A stretch of 64,000 bases of DNA from Candidatus Latescibacterota bacterium (GCA_965116885.1 OZ220741.1:5312001-5376000); one strand, 5' to 3'; shown: positions 1 to 9,691, counted from the first letter of the stretch. Translations and numbers: made by a program. The notes: generated by a model not told the origin, from the letters alone.

Positions 1-1
1 A

Positions 2-175
2 ATCATCGCCGGAGCAAAGAAAAAAAATTTGACTGCGCAACGCATTATTAAAGCAATGGAAAAACCGCCGTATGTCACGCATGAGGACATTGAAGCACTT
101 TTACAAGTGATCAAAGAAGCAAAGCAACCGACACAATTTGAGTCGCCCTTCGAACTATCTTCAGAAACCAGGTAA
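2..175 (+). CDS. 3' end of a small hypothetical protein (partial, runs off window start)
   Basis: Open frame from base 2 (IIAGAKKKNLTAQRIIKAMEKPPYVTHEDIEALLQ...) to TAA 173-175, 4 nt before the next ATG. Confidence 0.5.
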   Translation: MIAGAKKKNLTAQRIIKAMEKPPYVTHEDIEALLQVIKEAKQPTQFESPFELSSETR

Positions 176-179
176 AAAC

Positions 180-713
180 ATGTGGCGTCAATTGGGAATC
201 ATCGCGCTTGGTATCGCGCTATTTGCATGTGGTCCCGATATTCAATTGGTAAAAGATGGGCACGAAGAATACTACGTCTATTGGGATGACGGTCACAATC
301 GGTATCTCAGACATGGGTTATACCAGTCATTTTACGAAAGTGGTCGCCAGCGTTCGGTTGGTAAATACGAACACGACATAAAAGTGGGCGTTTGGACACA
401 CTGGTATGAAAACGGACAAAAACAGGGAGAAATGGACTGGGTAGATGGCAAGCCCGAAGGCGTAGTGACAGAATGGTACAAAAACGGACAACAAAAAAAC
501 ACGGGAACGTGGGAAAATGGTGGGCGGCACGGTCTTTCGACCTGGTGGTATGCAAACGGACAAAAGGAAAAAGAAGTGAACTATATAGAGGGGGAACCCG
601 ACGGAATATGGACATATTGGGATTCGACGGGTGTGATAACAAAAAAGCAGTACTGGGATCGCGGTGCGTTTTTGCGGGTTGAAGAGGAAACGAATAGACG
701 AATAGACGAATAG
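180..713 (+). CDS. MORN-variant repeat lipoprotein (YwqK-like)
   Basis: Lipobox LFAC after a hydrophobic N-terminus; repeated GxWTxWYENGQK motifs; ATG at 180 preferred over TTG 138. Confidence 0.8.
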   Translation: MWRQLGIIALGIALFACGPDIQLVKDGHEEYYVYWDDGHNRYLRHGLYQSFYESGRQRSVGKYEHDIKVGVWTHWYENGQKQGEMDWVDGKPEGVVTEWYKNGQQKNTGTWENGGRHGLSTWWYANGQKEKEVNYIEGEPDGIWTYWDSTGVITKKQYWDRGAFLRVEEETNRRIDE

Positions 714-720
714 ACGAATA
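692..720. repeat. GAATAGAC octamer tandem repeat (~3.5 copies) across the stop codon
   Basis: gaatagac gaatagac gaatagac gaata. Confidence 0.8.
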
Positions 721-764
721 CCACCCAACGAACCCCACCCTAGACGAACCCCACCCTACCACCC

Positions 765-794
765 AACGGGCGGGCACAGGGGCACCGCCCCTAC
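765..794. repeat. GTAG-family REP-like element, copy 1
   Basis: aacgggcgggcacaggggcaccgcccctac; differs by one base from 43880-43909; ends in CTAC (GTAG on the minus strand). Confidence 0.7.
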
Positions 795-876
795 ATTGAT
801 GAACTGCTGACGCAGTTGTACCCCATTCCGCTCATGAACTACTGGCGCAGTTGTATTTCGCCTGAAAGGATCAAAC

Positions 877-3642
877 ATGGCAGATAAAACCCTGTATTTA
901 TTAGACGGCATGGCACTGGTCTATCGCGGGCACTTTGCAATGATACGCAATCCGCGAATGACGTCAAAAGGACTGAACACCTCGACATTATTCGTTTTTG
1001 CCAATACCCTATTGGATATTTTGGGCAACACACAGCCCTCGCATTTGGCCGTGGTCTTCGACACGCCAGAGCCGACATTTCGGGACGAGATATACAAAGA
1101 ATACAAGGCACAACGGGAAAAAATGCCCGAAGACATAAGTGGCGCGCTACCCTACATCGACCAAATGTGTGAAGCGTTCAACGTGCCCGTCATCCGCAAA
1201 CCCGGTTATGAAGCCGACGACGTAATTGGCACACTGGCAAAAGAGGCTGAAAAGTCCGGATTTACAACATATATGGTAACCCCCGATAAAGACTACGCAC
1301 AACTCGTCTCAAACAAAACATTCATCAGCAAACCCGGCCGCACGGGCGACGGCGCTGAGATTTTAGGCGTTTCAGAGGTCTTGGAACAATGGGAAATTGA
1401 GCGCGTGGATCAAGTCATCGACATGCTGGGACTGATGGGCGACTCGAGTGATAATGTACCGGGCATACCGGGCATTGGGCCAAAAACCGCACAAAAATTG
1501 ATCGCGCAATACGGCAGTGTGGAGGGGTTACTCAATCACATTGATGAATTGAAAGGCAAGCAAAAAGAAAACGTGGAGACATATCGAGAACAGGCATTGT
1601 TATCAAAAGAATTGGTCACCATCCACCTCAACGTACCGTTGGACTTTGGATTGGATGATCTCGCCGTAAAAAAACGAGACGAACAAAAATTGAAAGCCCT
1701 ATTCGCAGAACTGGAATTCAGCACGCTGGGCAAGCGGCTATTTGGAAATGATTTTAATATAGATCAGCAACAAATCTCGCTTTTCGGCGATGAGACAGCG
1801 ATTGCGGACGTATCAAAACACAAAACCATAGAGAATGTCGAACACACATATCACCTCGTGGATACACCGGAAAAGCGCGCCGCATTAATCGAAAAATTGG
1901 CGCAGCAAAAGGCGTTTTGTTTTGATACAGAAACAACAGGGCTAAATCCGAGAACATGTGAATTGCTCGGCCTTGCATTTTCATTTCAACCGCACACGGG
2001 ATATTACGCACCAATGCCAGAAGACCCGGAGAAAAATAAGGCGGTCTTAGAAGAATTCCGAGGGATTTTGGAAAACCCGGACACCGAGAAAATCGGACAC
2101 AATCTCAAATTTGACATCGCCGTATTATTGTGGCAAGATATCAGGGTTCAAGGACCTGTTTTTGATACCATGCTCGCCGCTTATGTGACCGCACCTGAAA
2201 TGCGTCGCGGCATGGATGCCCTATCGCTGGCATTATTGGGATATGAACCCATTAAAATTGAGTCTTTAATCGGCGAAAAAGAAAAGGGCAAAAAACAAAA
2301 AACCCTGCGCGAAGTCCCCCTGGACAAAGTAGCAGAATACGCAGCCGAAGATGCGGACATCACCTTGCAACTGTCGGAAGCTCTGCGTCCCAAAATTAAA
2401 GAAATGGGACAGACGCGCGTATTTGAAGACATAGAATGCCCGCTGGTATCTGTACTGGCGCAAATGGAATACGAAGGCATTCGCATGAAAGCATCTGTAA
2501 TCGAGGTACTTTCAGAAGACCTTAAAGATGAATTAGTCGCCATTCAAGGACGCATTTACGATCTGGCTGGTGAAACATTTAACTTAAACTCACCCAAACA
2601 ATTGGGCGATATCCTATTTGAAAAATTAAAACTGGATCCCAATGCGCGGCGAACAGCTAAGACCAAGCAATATCAAACAGGGGAATCAATTTTGCAGCGG
2701 CTGGCGCACAAACACAAAATTGTGGAACAGATCTTGATGTACCGAACATATTCAAAACTGAAATCCACCTATCTGGATATGTTACCGGGAACCGTATTTA
2801 AAAATACCGGGCGCGTCCACACCCACTACGAGCAGGCGGTCACCGCCACCGGACGGTTGCAATCGCACGGACCGAATCTGCAAAATATTCCCATTCGCAC
2901 GGAAAAGGGACGCGAAATTCGCAAAGCCTTTGTACCTCGCAATAAAAATTACACCCTCTTGTCAGCAGACTATTCGCAAATTGAATTGCGCGTAGCGGCG
3001 GAACTCAGTCGAGATGAAGAGATGCACAGGGCATTTCGGGAAGGGCTGGATATCCACGCGGCAACCGCAATGAAAATTTACGGACTGGACGAACGCGATG
3101 TAACCGACGACATGCGTCGGCAGGCAAAAACCGTAAACTTTGGCATTATTTATGGGATTTCGGCCTTTGGACTGGCGCAACGCCTGAATATTCCGCGCTT
3201 TGAAGCCGGTAATTTAATCGAGCAATATTTTGAACAATTTTCCGGTGCCAAAAAGTACATGGATGACACCATTGAATTTGCGCGAGAACACGGGTATGTG
3301 GAAACCATGGCGGGACGCAGGCGATATCTGCGGGATATCCACTCGCGCAATGCCACCACGCGCAAAAGTGCCGAGCGCAACGCAATCAACTCGCGGATTC
3401 AGGGTTCAGCGGCCGACATGATTAAAATTGCGATGCGCCGCGTCCAGGATGCCTTGTTTGAACGGGACTTAAAAACGCGCATGTTGCTACAAGTACACGA
3501 TGAACTCGTCTTTGATATGCACAAAGACGAAGCCGATATCGCGATGCCCCTGATCGAAGACGCGATGAAAAATGCCCTGCCAATGTCCGTGCCAATTGTC
3601 GTGGAAATGGGCATGGGAAATACCTGGCTGGAAGCGCATTGA
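877..3642 (+). CDS. polA: DNA polymerase I
   Basis: 5'-3' exonuclease (LLDG, GYEADD, GDSSDNVPG), 3'-5' exonuclease (FDTETTG), polymerase motifs ADYSQIELR, KTVNFGIIYG, QVHDE. Confidence 0.99.
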   Translation: MADKTLYLLDGMALVYRGHFAMIRNPRMTSKGLNTSTLFVFANTLLDILGNTQPSHLAVVFDTPEPTFRDEIYKEYKAQREKMPEDISGALPYIDQMCEAFNVPVIRKPGYEADDVIGTLAKEAEKSGFTTYMVTPDKDYAQLVSNKTFISKPGRTGDGAEILGVSEVLEQWEIERVDQVIDMLGLMGDSSDNVPGIPGIGPKTAQKLIAQYGSVEGLLNHIDELKGKQKENVETYREQALLSKELVTIHLNVPLDFGLDDLAVKKRDEQKLKALFAELEFSTLGKRLFGNDFNIDQQQISLFGDETAIADVSKHKTIENVEHTYHLVDTPEKRAALIEKLAQQKAFCFDTETTGLNPRTCELLGLAFSFQPHTGYYAPMPEDPEKNKAVLEEFRGILENPDTEKIGHNLKFDIAVLLWQDIRVQGPVFDTMLAAYVTAPEMRRGMDALSLALLGYEPIKIESLIGEKEKGKKQKTLREVPLDKVAEYAAEDADITLQLSEALRPKIKEMGQTRVFEDIECPLVSVLAQMEYEGIRMKASVIEVLSEDLKDELVAIQGRIYDLAGETFNLNSPKQLGDILFEKLKLDPNARRTAKTKQYQTGESILQRLAHKHKIVEQILMYRTYSKLKSTYLDMLPGTVFKNTGRVHTHYEQAVTATGRLQSHGPNLQNIPIRTEKGREIRKAFVPRNKNYTLLSADYSQIELRVAAELSRDEEMHRAFREGLDIHAATAMKIYGLDERDVTDDMRRQAKTVNFGIIYGISAFGLAQRLNIPRFEAGNLIEQYFEQFSGAKKYMDDTIEFAREHGYVETMAGRRRYLRDIHSRNATTRKSAERNAINSRIQGSAADMIKIAMRRVQDALFERDLKTRMLLQVHDELVFDMHKDEADIAMPLIEDAMKNALPMSVPIVVEMGMGNTWLEAH

Positions 3643-3654
3643 AAAATGGTGGGA

Positions 3655-3695
3655 CCTCTCCCCCCGGCCCCCTCTCCTGAGAGGAAAGGGGGAGC
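3655..3695. repeat. GC-rich palindromic element or terminator after polA
   Basis: ccccctctcc-tgag-aggaaaggggg imperfect hairpin. Confidence 0.45.
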
Positions 3696-3767
3696 ACTGA
3701 ATTACATCGCTCCTGTGCGGGCTTTTACACCGCGCCTTAATTCTTAATTCCTAATTCCTAATTCACC

Positions 3768-4337
3768 ATGTTCAACTGGCTCAAAAAACTATTCGCCCCT
3801 CCTATCGAACGCCTGCCGCAACTCGAAATGTTTCGCGATCACCTCAATGACCTACCCGAAATTCAGCAAATCACCGGTTATGACACACGCACCTATCGTT
3901 CGGGGGACGAAGCCGCCTGGTGTCGCATCATGGAAGGCAACGTGGGCAGCAACTGGACAACGGAGAAATGCCGGGCGCAATTGACCAACGACCCCCGCTT
4001 CCAGGCTGAAAACCTCTTCTTCATCACCCACAACGACGACCCCATAGCCAGCGCGTGTGCCTGGAAAACACCCGGCCAATCGCCGGAAACAGGTGAAGTT
4101 CACATGGTCGCCGCGCACGCAGACCACCGCGGCAAAGGACTCGGGCATTTGCTCAACGCCCTCGTCCTCCATCGCTTAAAAGATCTGGGCTATCAAAAAG
4201 CACATCTCAAAACCGATGACTGGCGCCTACCGGCCATCAAAACCTACCTCGACGCGGGCTTTCAGCCCCTCAATACCCACGAAAGCCACCCCGAACGCTG
4301 GGAGGCCATCTTCGCCCAGCTCAAAATAAAAAAATAA
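3768..4337 (+). CDS. GNAT family N-acetyltransferase
   Basis: Motif A HRGKGLG and C-terminal AIKTYLDAGF. Confidence 0.88.
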   Translation: MFNWLKKLFAPPIERLPQLEMFRDHLNDLPEIQQITGYDTRTYRSGDEAAWCRIMEGNVGSNWTTEKCRAQLTNDPRFQAENLFFITHNDDPIASACAWKTPGQSPETGEVHMVAAHADHRGKGLGHLLNALVLHRLKDLGYQKAHLKTDDWRLPAIKTYLDAGFQPLNTHESHPERWEAIFAQLKIKK

Positions 4338-4342
4338 CCTCC

Positions 4343-5089
4343 TCATCCCATCAACGCTTTATACCCTAATCCCATCACCTCCTTGACGTGCTCCAGCGTG
4401 CGTTGCCCTTCAATACGCCCCCTCGCACCGCCCAAATTCAAAATATCGCGCACCAGATCGGGCTGTTCTTCAAAACCCTTGCGACGAATCCGAAACGGCG
4501 TCATAATCTTACTCTGGCCATCCGTACCCTTCAAGCGCGTACCATAAACGCCATCGGGAATGGGAAACACCTCGCCGTAAATCCGATTAAATCGCGCAGC
4601 CACTTCCTGCGCCAGTTCAATATGGGGTCTTTGATCTGGCCCCACTGGCACATATCGCGGACGAAAAAGCAAAATATCCGCCGCCTGAGACACCGGATAT
4701 CCCACAAAACCGTAAGGCACCCGATTCCCCAACCCCATCTTACCCATCTCTTCCTTAACCGTTGGATTCCGCAACAAACGCGGCAACGTCACCAAATTGG
4801 AAAAAATCATAGTTAACTCTGCCAATTGTGGCACCTGTGATTGCAAAAAACAAACGCTTTTTTTTGGATCAAAACCCGCCGCCAGATAATCCAGCACCAG
4901 TTCTCTGACATGATGCTCCAGGTCCTCTGTCCGATCCCGGTGCGTCGTCAGCGCCTGATAATCGGCAATCATAAAAAAACACTGAAACTCATCCTGCATC
5001 TCAAACCGATTCTTCAACGACCCGACATAATGCCCCAAATGCATTTTACCCGTCGGGCGATCACCTGTTAAAACAATTGTGCGACTCAT
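4343..5089 (-). pseudogene. trpS: Tryptophanyl-tRNA synthetase with in-frame internal deletion (248 aa; KMSKS motif and much of the anticodon-binding domain missing)
   Basis: LTGDRPTG-HLGH (HIGH), ADYQALT, GYPVSQAADIL, VPVGPDQ; GTDGQSK is followed directly by C-terminal IMTPFRIRR; RBS aaagga before ATG 5089. Confidence 0.8.
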
Positions 5090-5111
5090 CTCTGTTCCTT
5101 TCTTTGAACGA

Positions 5112-5279
5112 TTAAAAATCCGTAATTTCCAAAAAAAAGCGCGCCACCTTCCGGTAGCGCGCGGTGCAAGCAAACAAAGATCGCCAGATATCCGGTGGTG
5201 GACATACATCTCCCATTGCGCCTGTCCACCACCAGCGTCCGCCAACATTAAACAGCTCTGTCATCGCACTCAAAAACAT
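5112..5279 (-). promoter_or_regulatory. Trp attenuator 2: leader ORF with WWW plus intrinsic terminator (5131-5162)
   Basis: MFLSAMTELFNVGGRWWWTG...; TGG codons at 5234-5226 sit in the hairpin ggtggtggaca/tgtccaccacc; terminator gcgcgctacc-ggaa-ggtggcgcgc-T8. Confidence 0.65.
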
Positions 5280-5292
5280 CGCATACCTACCA

Positions 5293-5467
5293 CAAAAAAA
5301 CCGCCGTCAAAAAGCCGACGGCGGTCAATTCAGAATTTTCAAATAAATACAATCCGTCAGCAAACCCACACAGCGGCACGCCACCAACCACGGACGGTTT
5401 CAGACACACGGGGAGCCAGCACCCTATCGGGCGTCGCATCAGTCAAAATGTGATCGTGCATAATCAT
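5293..5467 (-). promoter_or_regulatory. trpL: Trp attenuator 1: 36-aa leader peptide (5467-5357) plus intrinsic terminator (5293-5325)
   Basis: RBS gggag; MIMHDHILTDATPDRVLAPRVSETVRGWWRAAVWVC*; terminator accgccgtc-ggctttt-t-gacggcggt followed by a T run; alternative ccgtc/gacgg pairings. Confidence 0.8.
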
Positions 5468-5495
5468 AACAAACTCCCGTAATATATCGCCGATG

Positions 5496-5524
5496 AAAAT
5501 AACGACTTCCACACCTCGTGTCAA
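5496..5524 (-). promoter_or_regulatory. Sigma70-type promoter for the trpS leader
   Basis: TTGACA-17 nt-TATTTT on the minus strand. Confidence 0.6.
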
Positions 5525-5539
5525 GCCGTTTGATCTTCT

Positions 5540-7012
5540 TTAGCTCACGAACCGGAACGAATAGAGCTTTGCCGACCGCATCACGACGCGAAGCCGCAGC
5601 GGTCCCCGATCCGTGGGGATCCGGCGGCCGGCCCCCTGCCACGACACGCCTGCCTTGATTGCATTGGCGACAATCGTCTCGCACGTCTTCAGCGTGTAGC
5701 CTTCCACGGGGCGTCCCTCCTCGTCCTGCAGCTCGACCAGCAGCCAGCCGCCCCCGCCACAATCTACATTCAACTCAAGCGCCTGACCGTCGAACGTCAG
5801 CGGCGGTGTCACAAACTCTCCGCCAGAGAGAGACGCATCCGCCGAGACAAAACCGTCCCGCCTCAGGATCGCCCGAAACAGACCGGTATTCCAACCGTCG
5901 CGCACCTCATCATTGTGCCGACTGCCCCTCCCCGAATAGTAGATCCACATCTCGGTCTCGGTAAGCACGGGCCAGACATTGGCCATCACCATACCACCCG
6001 ATGGCCCCCCATCCAGCCCCCGGCGGATAAACGGCTCCCGGTCGCCCTGACGCGACCATATAACCCCATCACGGCTCGTGAGGAGCCGGACGTCCATCGT
6101 GGCCGGAAAATCGGATGCCTCCCAGTGGTAATAAGCGGCCGGCATCATAAAGTACGCATCATCCGCCTCGGGATGTTTGTAAACCGCATTCGTGTAGTAA
6201 TCGATCTGCGGCCTGTCCATTGACCGGGGAGGCAGAGGAGCTTCCAGATCCAGCGCATCCCCCTCCAGGACGATCAGCGTGGGCTGCGACCAGGTCTTAA
6301 AGTCAGGCGACGTGATCCGGCCAACGGACCGGTACCGCTTTCCGAGCTTCATTTCCGCCGCCTCGTCCCGTCGCTGGGTCTCGTGTACCCGCGTATAGCC
6401 GACGTAGAGATCCAGTCTGTCATCCCAGAAGAAAACATTCTGGGTGTCGCACATCTGGTCGGGCGGATTCGGCTGGCCCTCATCATACGTCCAATGGATC
6501 CCGTCGGGTGAATGCATAGCCCAAAGCCCCGGCTGAACACCGGCCTCGATCTCATCATCCCTGGGATAGTACTTCGACCAGAGTCGGTAGCGCGAATCGG
6601 CGGGCGCGCGCTCGTCTATATAGACCGTCGCACCCTGCATGCTCTGACGCTCATCCAGCGGGGCGACGATATTGTTCGCCGTGCTGCCCTGGAACGTGAC
6701 GAGGTGCATTTCCGGCTTCTGCCAGGAAACCCCGTCTTCGGACTCCGCATAGCAGAGACGAACCGCCCCTTCCTGCGGACCGCCCGATTTCATCTGTGCG
6801 CCGTACCAGAGCCGAAAGTGCCGCTCCCCTTCCCGGATCACCGTGTTGTACGCCCCAATCCCGAGCTTCTCCCACGGCTTGTCCGCCCGGAGCACAGGCT
6901 CGGGGGACTGCAAAGGCGGGTTCATACGGAGATTGACACCAGAGACCCGATCAAAGAAACGCGTGTCGATAAAAAGCTGCTTCCGGTTCCCGACATGGAC
7001 TGTAGCGACCAT
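5540..7012 (-). CDS. Five-bladed beta-propeller glycoside-hydrolase-like protein (GH32/43/130-like), uncharacterised
   Basis: QLFID N-terminus, Asp-box-like YAESEDGVSW, SPDGIHW, SRDGVIW; C-terminal LRRDGFVS...LYSF. Confidence 0.65.
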   Translation of the reverse strand: MVATVHVGNRKQLFIDTRFFDRVSGVNLRMNPPLQSPEPVLRADKPWEKLGIGAYNTVIREGERHFRLWYGAQMKSGGPQEGAVRLCYAESEDGVSWQKPEMHLVTFQGSTANNIVAPLDERQSMQGATVYIDERAPADSRYRLWSKYYPRDDEIEAGVQPGLWAMHSPDGIHWTYDEGQPNPPDQMCDTQNVFFWDDRLDLYVGYTRVHETQRRDEAAEMKLGKRYRSVGRITSPDFKTWSQPTLIVLEGDALDLEAPLPPRSMDRPQIDYYTNAVYKHPEADDAYFMMPAAYYHWEASDFPATMDVRLLTSRDGVIWSRQGDREPFIRRGLDGGPSGGMVMANVWPVLTETEMWIYYSGRGSRHNDEVRDGWNTGLFRAILRRDGFVSADASLSGGEFVTPPLTFDGQALELNVDCGGGGWLLVELQDEEGRPVEGYTLKTCETIVANAIKAGVSWQGAGRRIPTDRGPLRLRVVMRSAKLYSFRFVS

Positions 7013-7072
7013 GAGATACCCCTTCCTATTGTCGATGCCAACTACGAAAAGTTTGCCTGATCCTGTACATCC

Positions 7073-8020
7073 CTACTCACACGCAAGTGCGGCCAACAGG
7101 GCTTTGATATACCCGACTGAGTAGGCGAGCGCGTGGGTATTGCCTGCAGGCCCATCTCCTTCGAGCGTCGGATAGTGGTCGGGATTCAGACAGCCGTCGT
7201 AACCCACCCGCTTCAACTCGCGCAGGATCTTGAACATATTCATGTCCCCATCGTCGAGCAGGACCTCCTCAAACGCACCGGCGGTTGCAAAGCTCGCCCG
7301 CACGTTTCGAAAGTGAATCTCGAAGAGACGTCCCTTTCGTCCGTAGTTGTGAATCTCGTCCAGAACGAGTGGAAGTCCTCCTGCCTCCGCGCGTGTCCCA
7401 CAACAGTAGAGGTAGCCGACACACGGGTTCGGAAAAGCGTCGATCACCCGGTGGAATCCCAGCCCGCCGAAGAGCGCATCCTGCGTCGGCGGGTCGGAGG
7501 GATGCATCATCAGCCTGACGCCTGCGGCTTCCGCGACGGGCACGAGCCGTTCGTAAGCCGCACAGACGCGTCCCCACCGCTGCTCTCGCACTGCTATGGT
7601 CGGCGGCTCATCCCCTTCTGCGAGTGACAGACTGTCCCCTCGGGCAAGGTACCCGCCGCGGTGCGATGCCCGATAGCGTCCAATCATCCAGGGATCCGTG
7701 GAATAGTCGAAGTGCACCCGTCCAAGAGGATAGCCTGCTTCGCCAAGGACCCGGACGGACTCGCACGCGACGTCGAGTTCCTCCTCAGCGCCATCCTCTT
7801 CGTCCATGAACCGCTTCGATAGACCGGGCAAACTGATGCGATTCACCTGCAGACCCCAAGAATGAACCCGTTTCTTCATTTTCAGTACCTCGTCCAGATC
7901 GAAGACGCCACGGTCATCGGTCGGCAATGGCAGGGCATCGACGCAATCGACGCCCAACTGAGTCAACTGGCGCAACGTCGTATCGGACGGGTCTTGACAC
8001 CAGGCAGCTACTTTGATCAT
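7073..8020 (-). CDS. Mannonate dehydratase (UxuA)-like TIM-barrel protein
   Basis: MHPSDPP, IHFRNV, DDGDMNM, GYDGCLNPDH, AYSVGYIKAL. Confidence 0.8.
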   Translation of the reverse strand: MIKVAAWCQDPSDTTLRQLTQLGVDCVDALPLPTDDRGVFDLDEVLKMKKRVHSWGLQVNRISLPGLSKRFMDEEDGAEEELDVACESVRVLGEAGYPLGRVHFDYSTDPWMIGRYRASHRGGYLARGDSLSLAEGDEPPTIAVREQRWGRVCAAYERLVPVAEAAGVRLMMHPSDPPTQDALFGGLGFHRVIDAFPNPCVGYLYCCGTRAEAGGLPLVLDEIHNYGRKGRLFEIHFRNVRASFATAGAFEEVLLDDGDMNMFKILRELKRVGYDGCLNPDHYPTLEGDGPAGNTHALAYSVGYIKALLAALACE

Positions 8021-8058
8021 GGGAACCTCCAAAAAAATAACGCCTACAACAACTCAAG

Positions 8059-8481
8059 TCAAAACGTTTGATCTTCTTCTTTTTCTTCTACACGCTCCCC
8101 ATAAGACAACTCGCACGTCCCCGTATCGCACGCCACGCGGCCTGAAAGGTAGCGATACCGCGCAATCAACGCATATCCCACCCGAAAAATGAGATTCAAA
8201 ACCGGCACGCGGTACAACCATGCAAACAGATGGAAAGGCGGCAGCCTGCGATAGATTTGATACACGGCATCCGCACCCACATAAATATCCTCTTTGCCCA
8301 CCAACAGACGCATACCCGTATTGAAATCCGACGACGCCAGCTTTGGAAAATGGGCTTCAATCCCCTGCGTCTGCCTGGGCAAATAATCAAACTGACTGCG
8401 TTTGTCTTTCTTTTTCATACGGCGAACGCTCCAGATACAAAAACGACATTCGCCGTCATATACAACAATCGGCTTTTCCAT
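8059..8481 (-). CDS. DCC family (DUF393) thiol-disulfide oxidoreductase
   Basis: N-terminal YDGECRFC, YALIARYRY; RBS ggagg. Confidence 0.9.
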   Translation of the reverse strand: MEKPIVVYDGECRFCIWSVRRMKKKDKRSQFDYLPRQTQGIEAHFPKLASSDFNTGMRLLVGKEDIYVGADAVYQIYRRLPPFHLFAWLYRVPVLNLIFRVGYALIARYRYLSGRVACDTGTCELSYGERVEEKEEDQTF

Positions 8482-8500
8482 CACGCCTCCGCGAAAAAAC

Positions 8501-9691
8501 CTAACTCCTCGGATAAAACACATCCACCAGAGTCTCCACATCATCCCATGCGCACAAAAATCGATCTTCAAATCCGCGATGGATATTGTGCTCGACCTCT
8601 GTCTCGTCGGGCAACGGGAACACAATCGTCTCGCGATCGGCCTCAATTGACGCATTCACCGCCAGACTCATCTCCTGATCCAACCGCCCCATCGCAGCAC
8701 CGTAATCCGGCTCGCGATCTTCTCGAACGGCATTGGCGATACTCAACAACTCATCTGCCACAGCCACTTGCCCTTCACTTAGCGCATAATTTGCAAATGG
8801 ATTCTCCCACCCAATTGCGCCGCCGGGCAACTCATAGCGAATCTCGCGCAACACATTTACCCCATTTACCGTTTCCGTCACGCGCACGGGTTCATAAGCC
8901 ACGCCCTGTGCACCGGTTTCCAATTCATCCTGTGGCACAACATACACATTGCCATCCACAATGCTACCCGCTGTCCCGTCAATCTCATCCATACCCGCTT
9001 GCTTGCGCCCGAGTGAACGCGCGTGAATCACATTGGAATACACCATCAGCGCGGCCACATCATTATCAAATTCCAAAAAACTCAAACTCCATCTTTCCAA
9101 CTCGTGATGTCGCTTCATGCGATCTATATGTGGAATCACGGGCGTTGTATGGCTCAACCCAATCACCTGCCTGGGATTGCCGCCAGCCAACACGCGCAAC
9201 AAACTCATCCCGTGATACCCGCCCTCGTGGCATATCCGATAGATCCGTCCAATCTCTCCAATAACATCTGATACGAGCACCTTCTTCTTCAAACGCTCAA
9301 TTGGCGCGCGATAATAATTCTCGGCAACCTCCAGATAAACGCCCGCATCTCGCGCCGCTCGAATCATCATATCTGATGCCGGTCGAGTCATAGCAATGGG
9401 CGTCTCCACAACCTGATGCACACCCGCTTGCGCCAAAAAACAGCAAATCGCATGGTGCGCCACGCCTGGCACCACCACATCGGCAACATCGATATCTTCA
9501 TTATCGACCAGGTCGCGCACACTCGTATAAGCCCTTACCCCGTGTTCTGCTGCCAAACTCTGGGCTGTTTCCTCCTCCTTATCGCAAATGGCGACAAAGT
9601 CAAAAACATCTGCCAACTGCACAATCACAGGCAAATGCGCCCCTGCGCCGCGCCGCCCAGCGCCCACAAGTGCAATTTTGAGACGATCCAT
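8501..9691 (-). CDS. Gfo/Idh/MocA family oxidoreductase
   Basis: ALVGAGRRG Rossmann motif, VETP variant of EKP, VAENY. Confidence 0.88.
   Translation of the reverse strand: MDRLKIALVGAGRRGAGAHLPVIVQLADVFDFVAICDKEEETAQSLAAEHGVRAYTSVRDLVDNEDIDVADVVVPGVAHHAICCFLAQAGVHQVVETPIAMTRPASDMMIRAARDAGVYLEVAENYYRAPIERLKKKVLVSDVIGEIGRIYRICHEGGYHGMSLLRVLAGGNPRQVIGLSHTTPVIPHIDRMKRHHELERWSLSFLEFDNDVAALMVYSNVIHARSLGRKQAGMDEIDGTAGSIVDGNVYVVPQDELETGAQGVAYEPVRVTETVNGVNVLREIRYELPGGAIGWENPFANYALSEGQVAVADELLSIANAVREDREPDYGAAMGRLDQEMSLAVNASIEADRETIVFPLPDETEVEHNIHRGFEDRFLCAWDDVETLVDVFYPRS

Noticed and set aside
180..713. YwqK-like protein as a toxin-antitoxin component
   Set aside because: It has a lipoprotein signal and no adjacent toxin; MORN-variant repeats are generic
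799..855. Possible mini-CRISPR array
   Set aside because: Only two repeats, a 13-nt spacer and no cas genes
5090..5248. 53-aa N-terminal extension of TrpRS in the ORF track
   Set aside because: It spans the attenuator terminator; homology and the RBS point to ATG 5089
5100..5480. T-box riboswitch upstream of trpS
   Set aside because: No clear T-box consensus or stem I in context; translated Trp codons and terminators fit ribosome-mediated attenuation better
8230..9264. Long opposite-strand ORFs (also 14332-15384, 15876-16829, 37504-38487, 49129-49953, 53639-54547, 54808-55680)
   Set aside because: Antisense shadows of well-supported genes with no recognisable motifs
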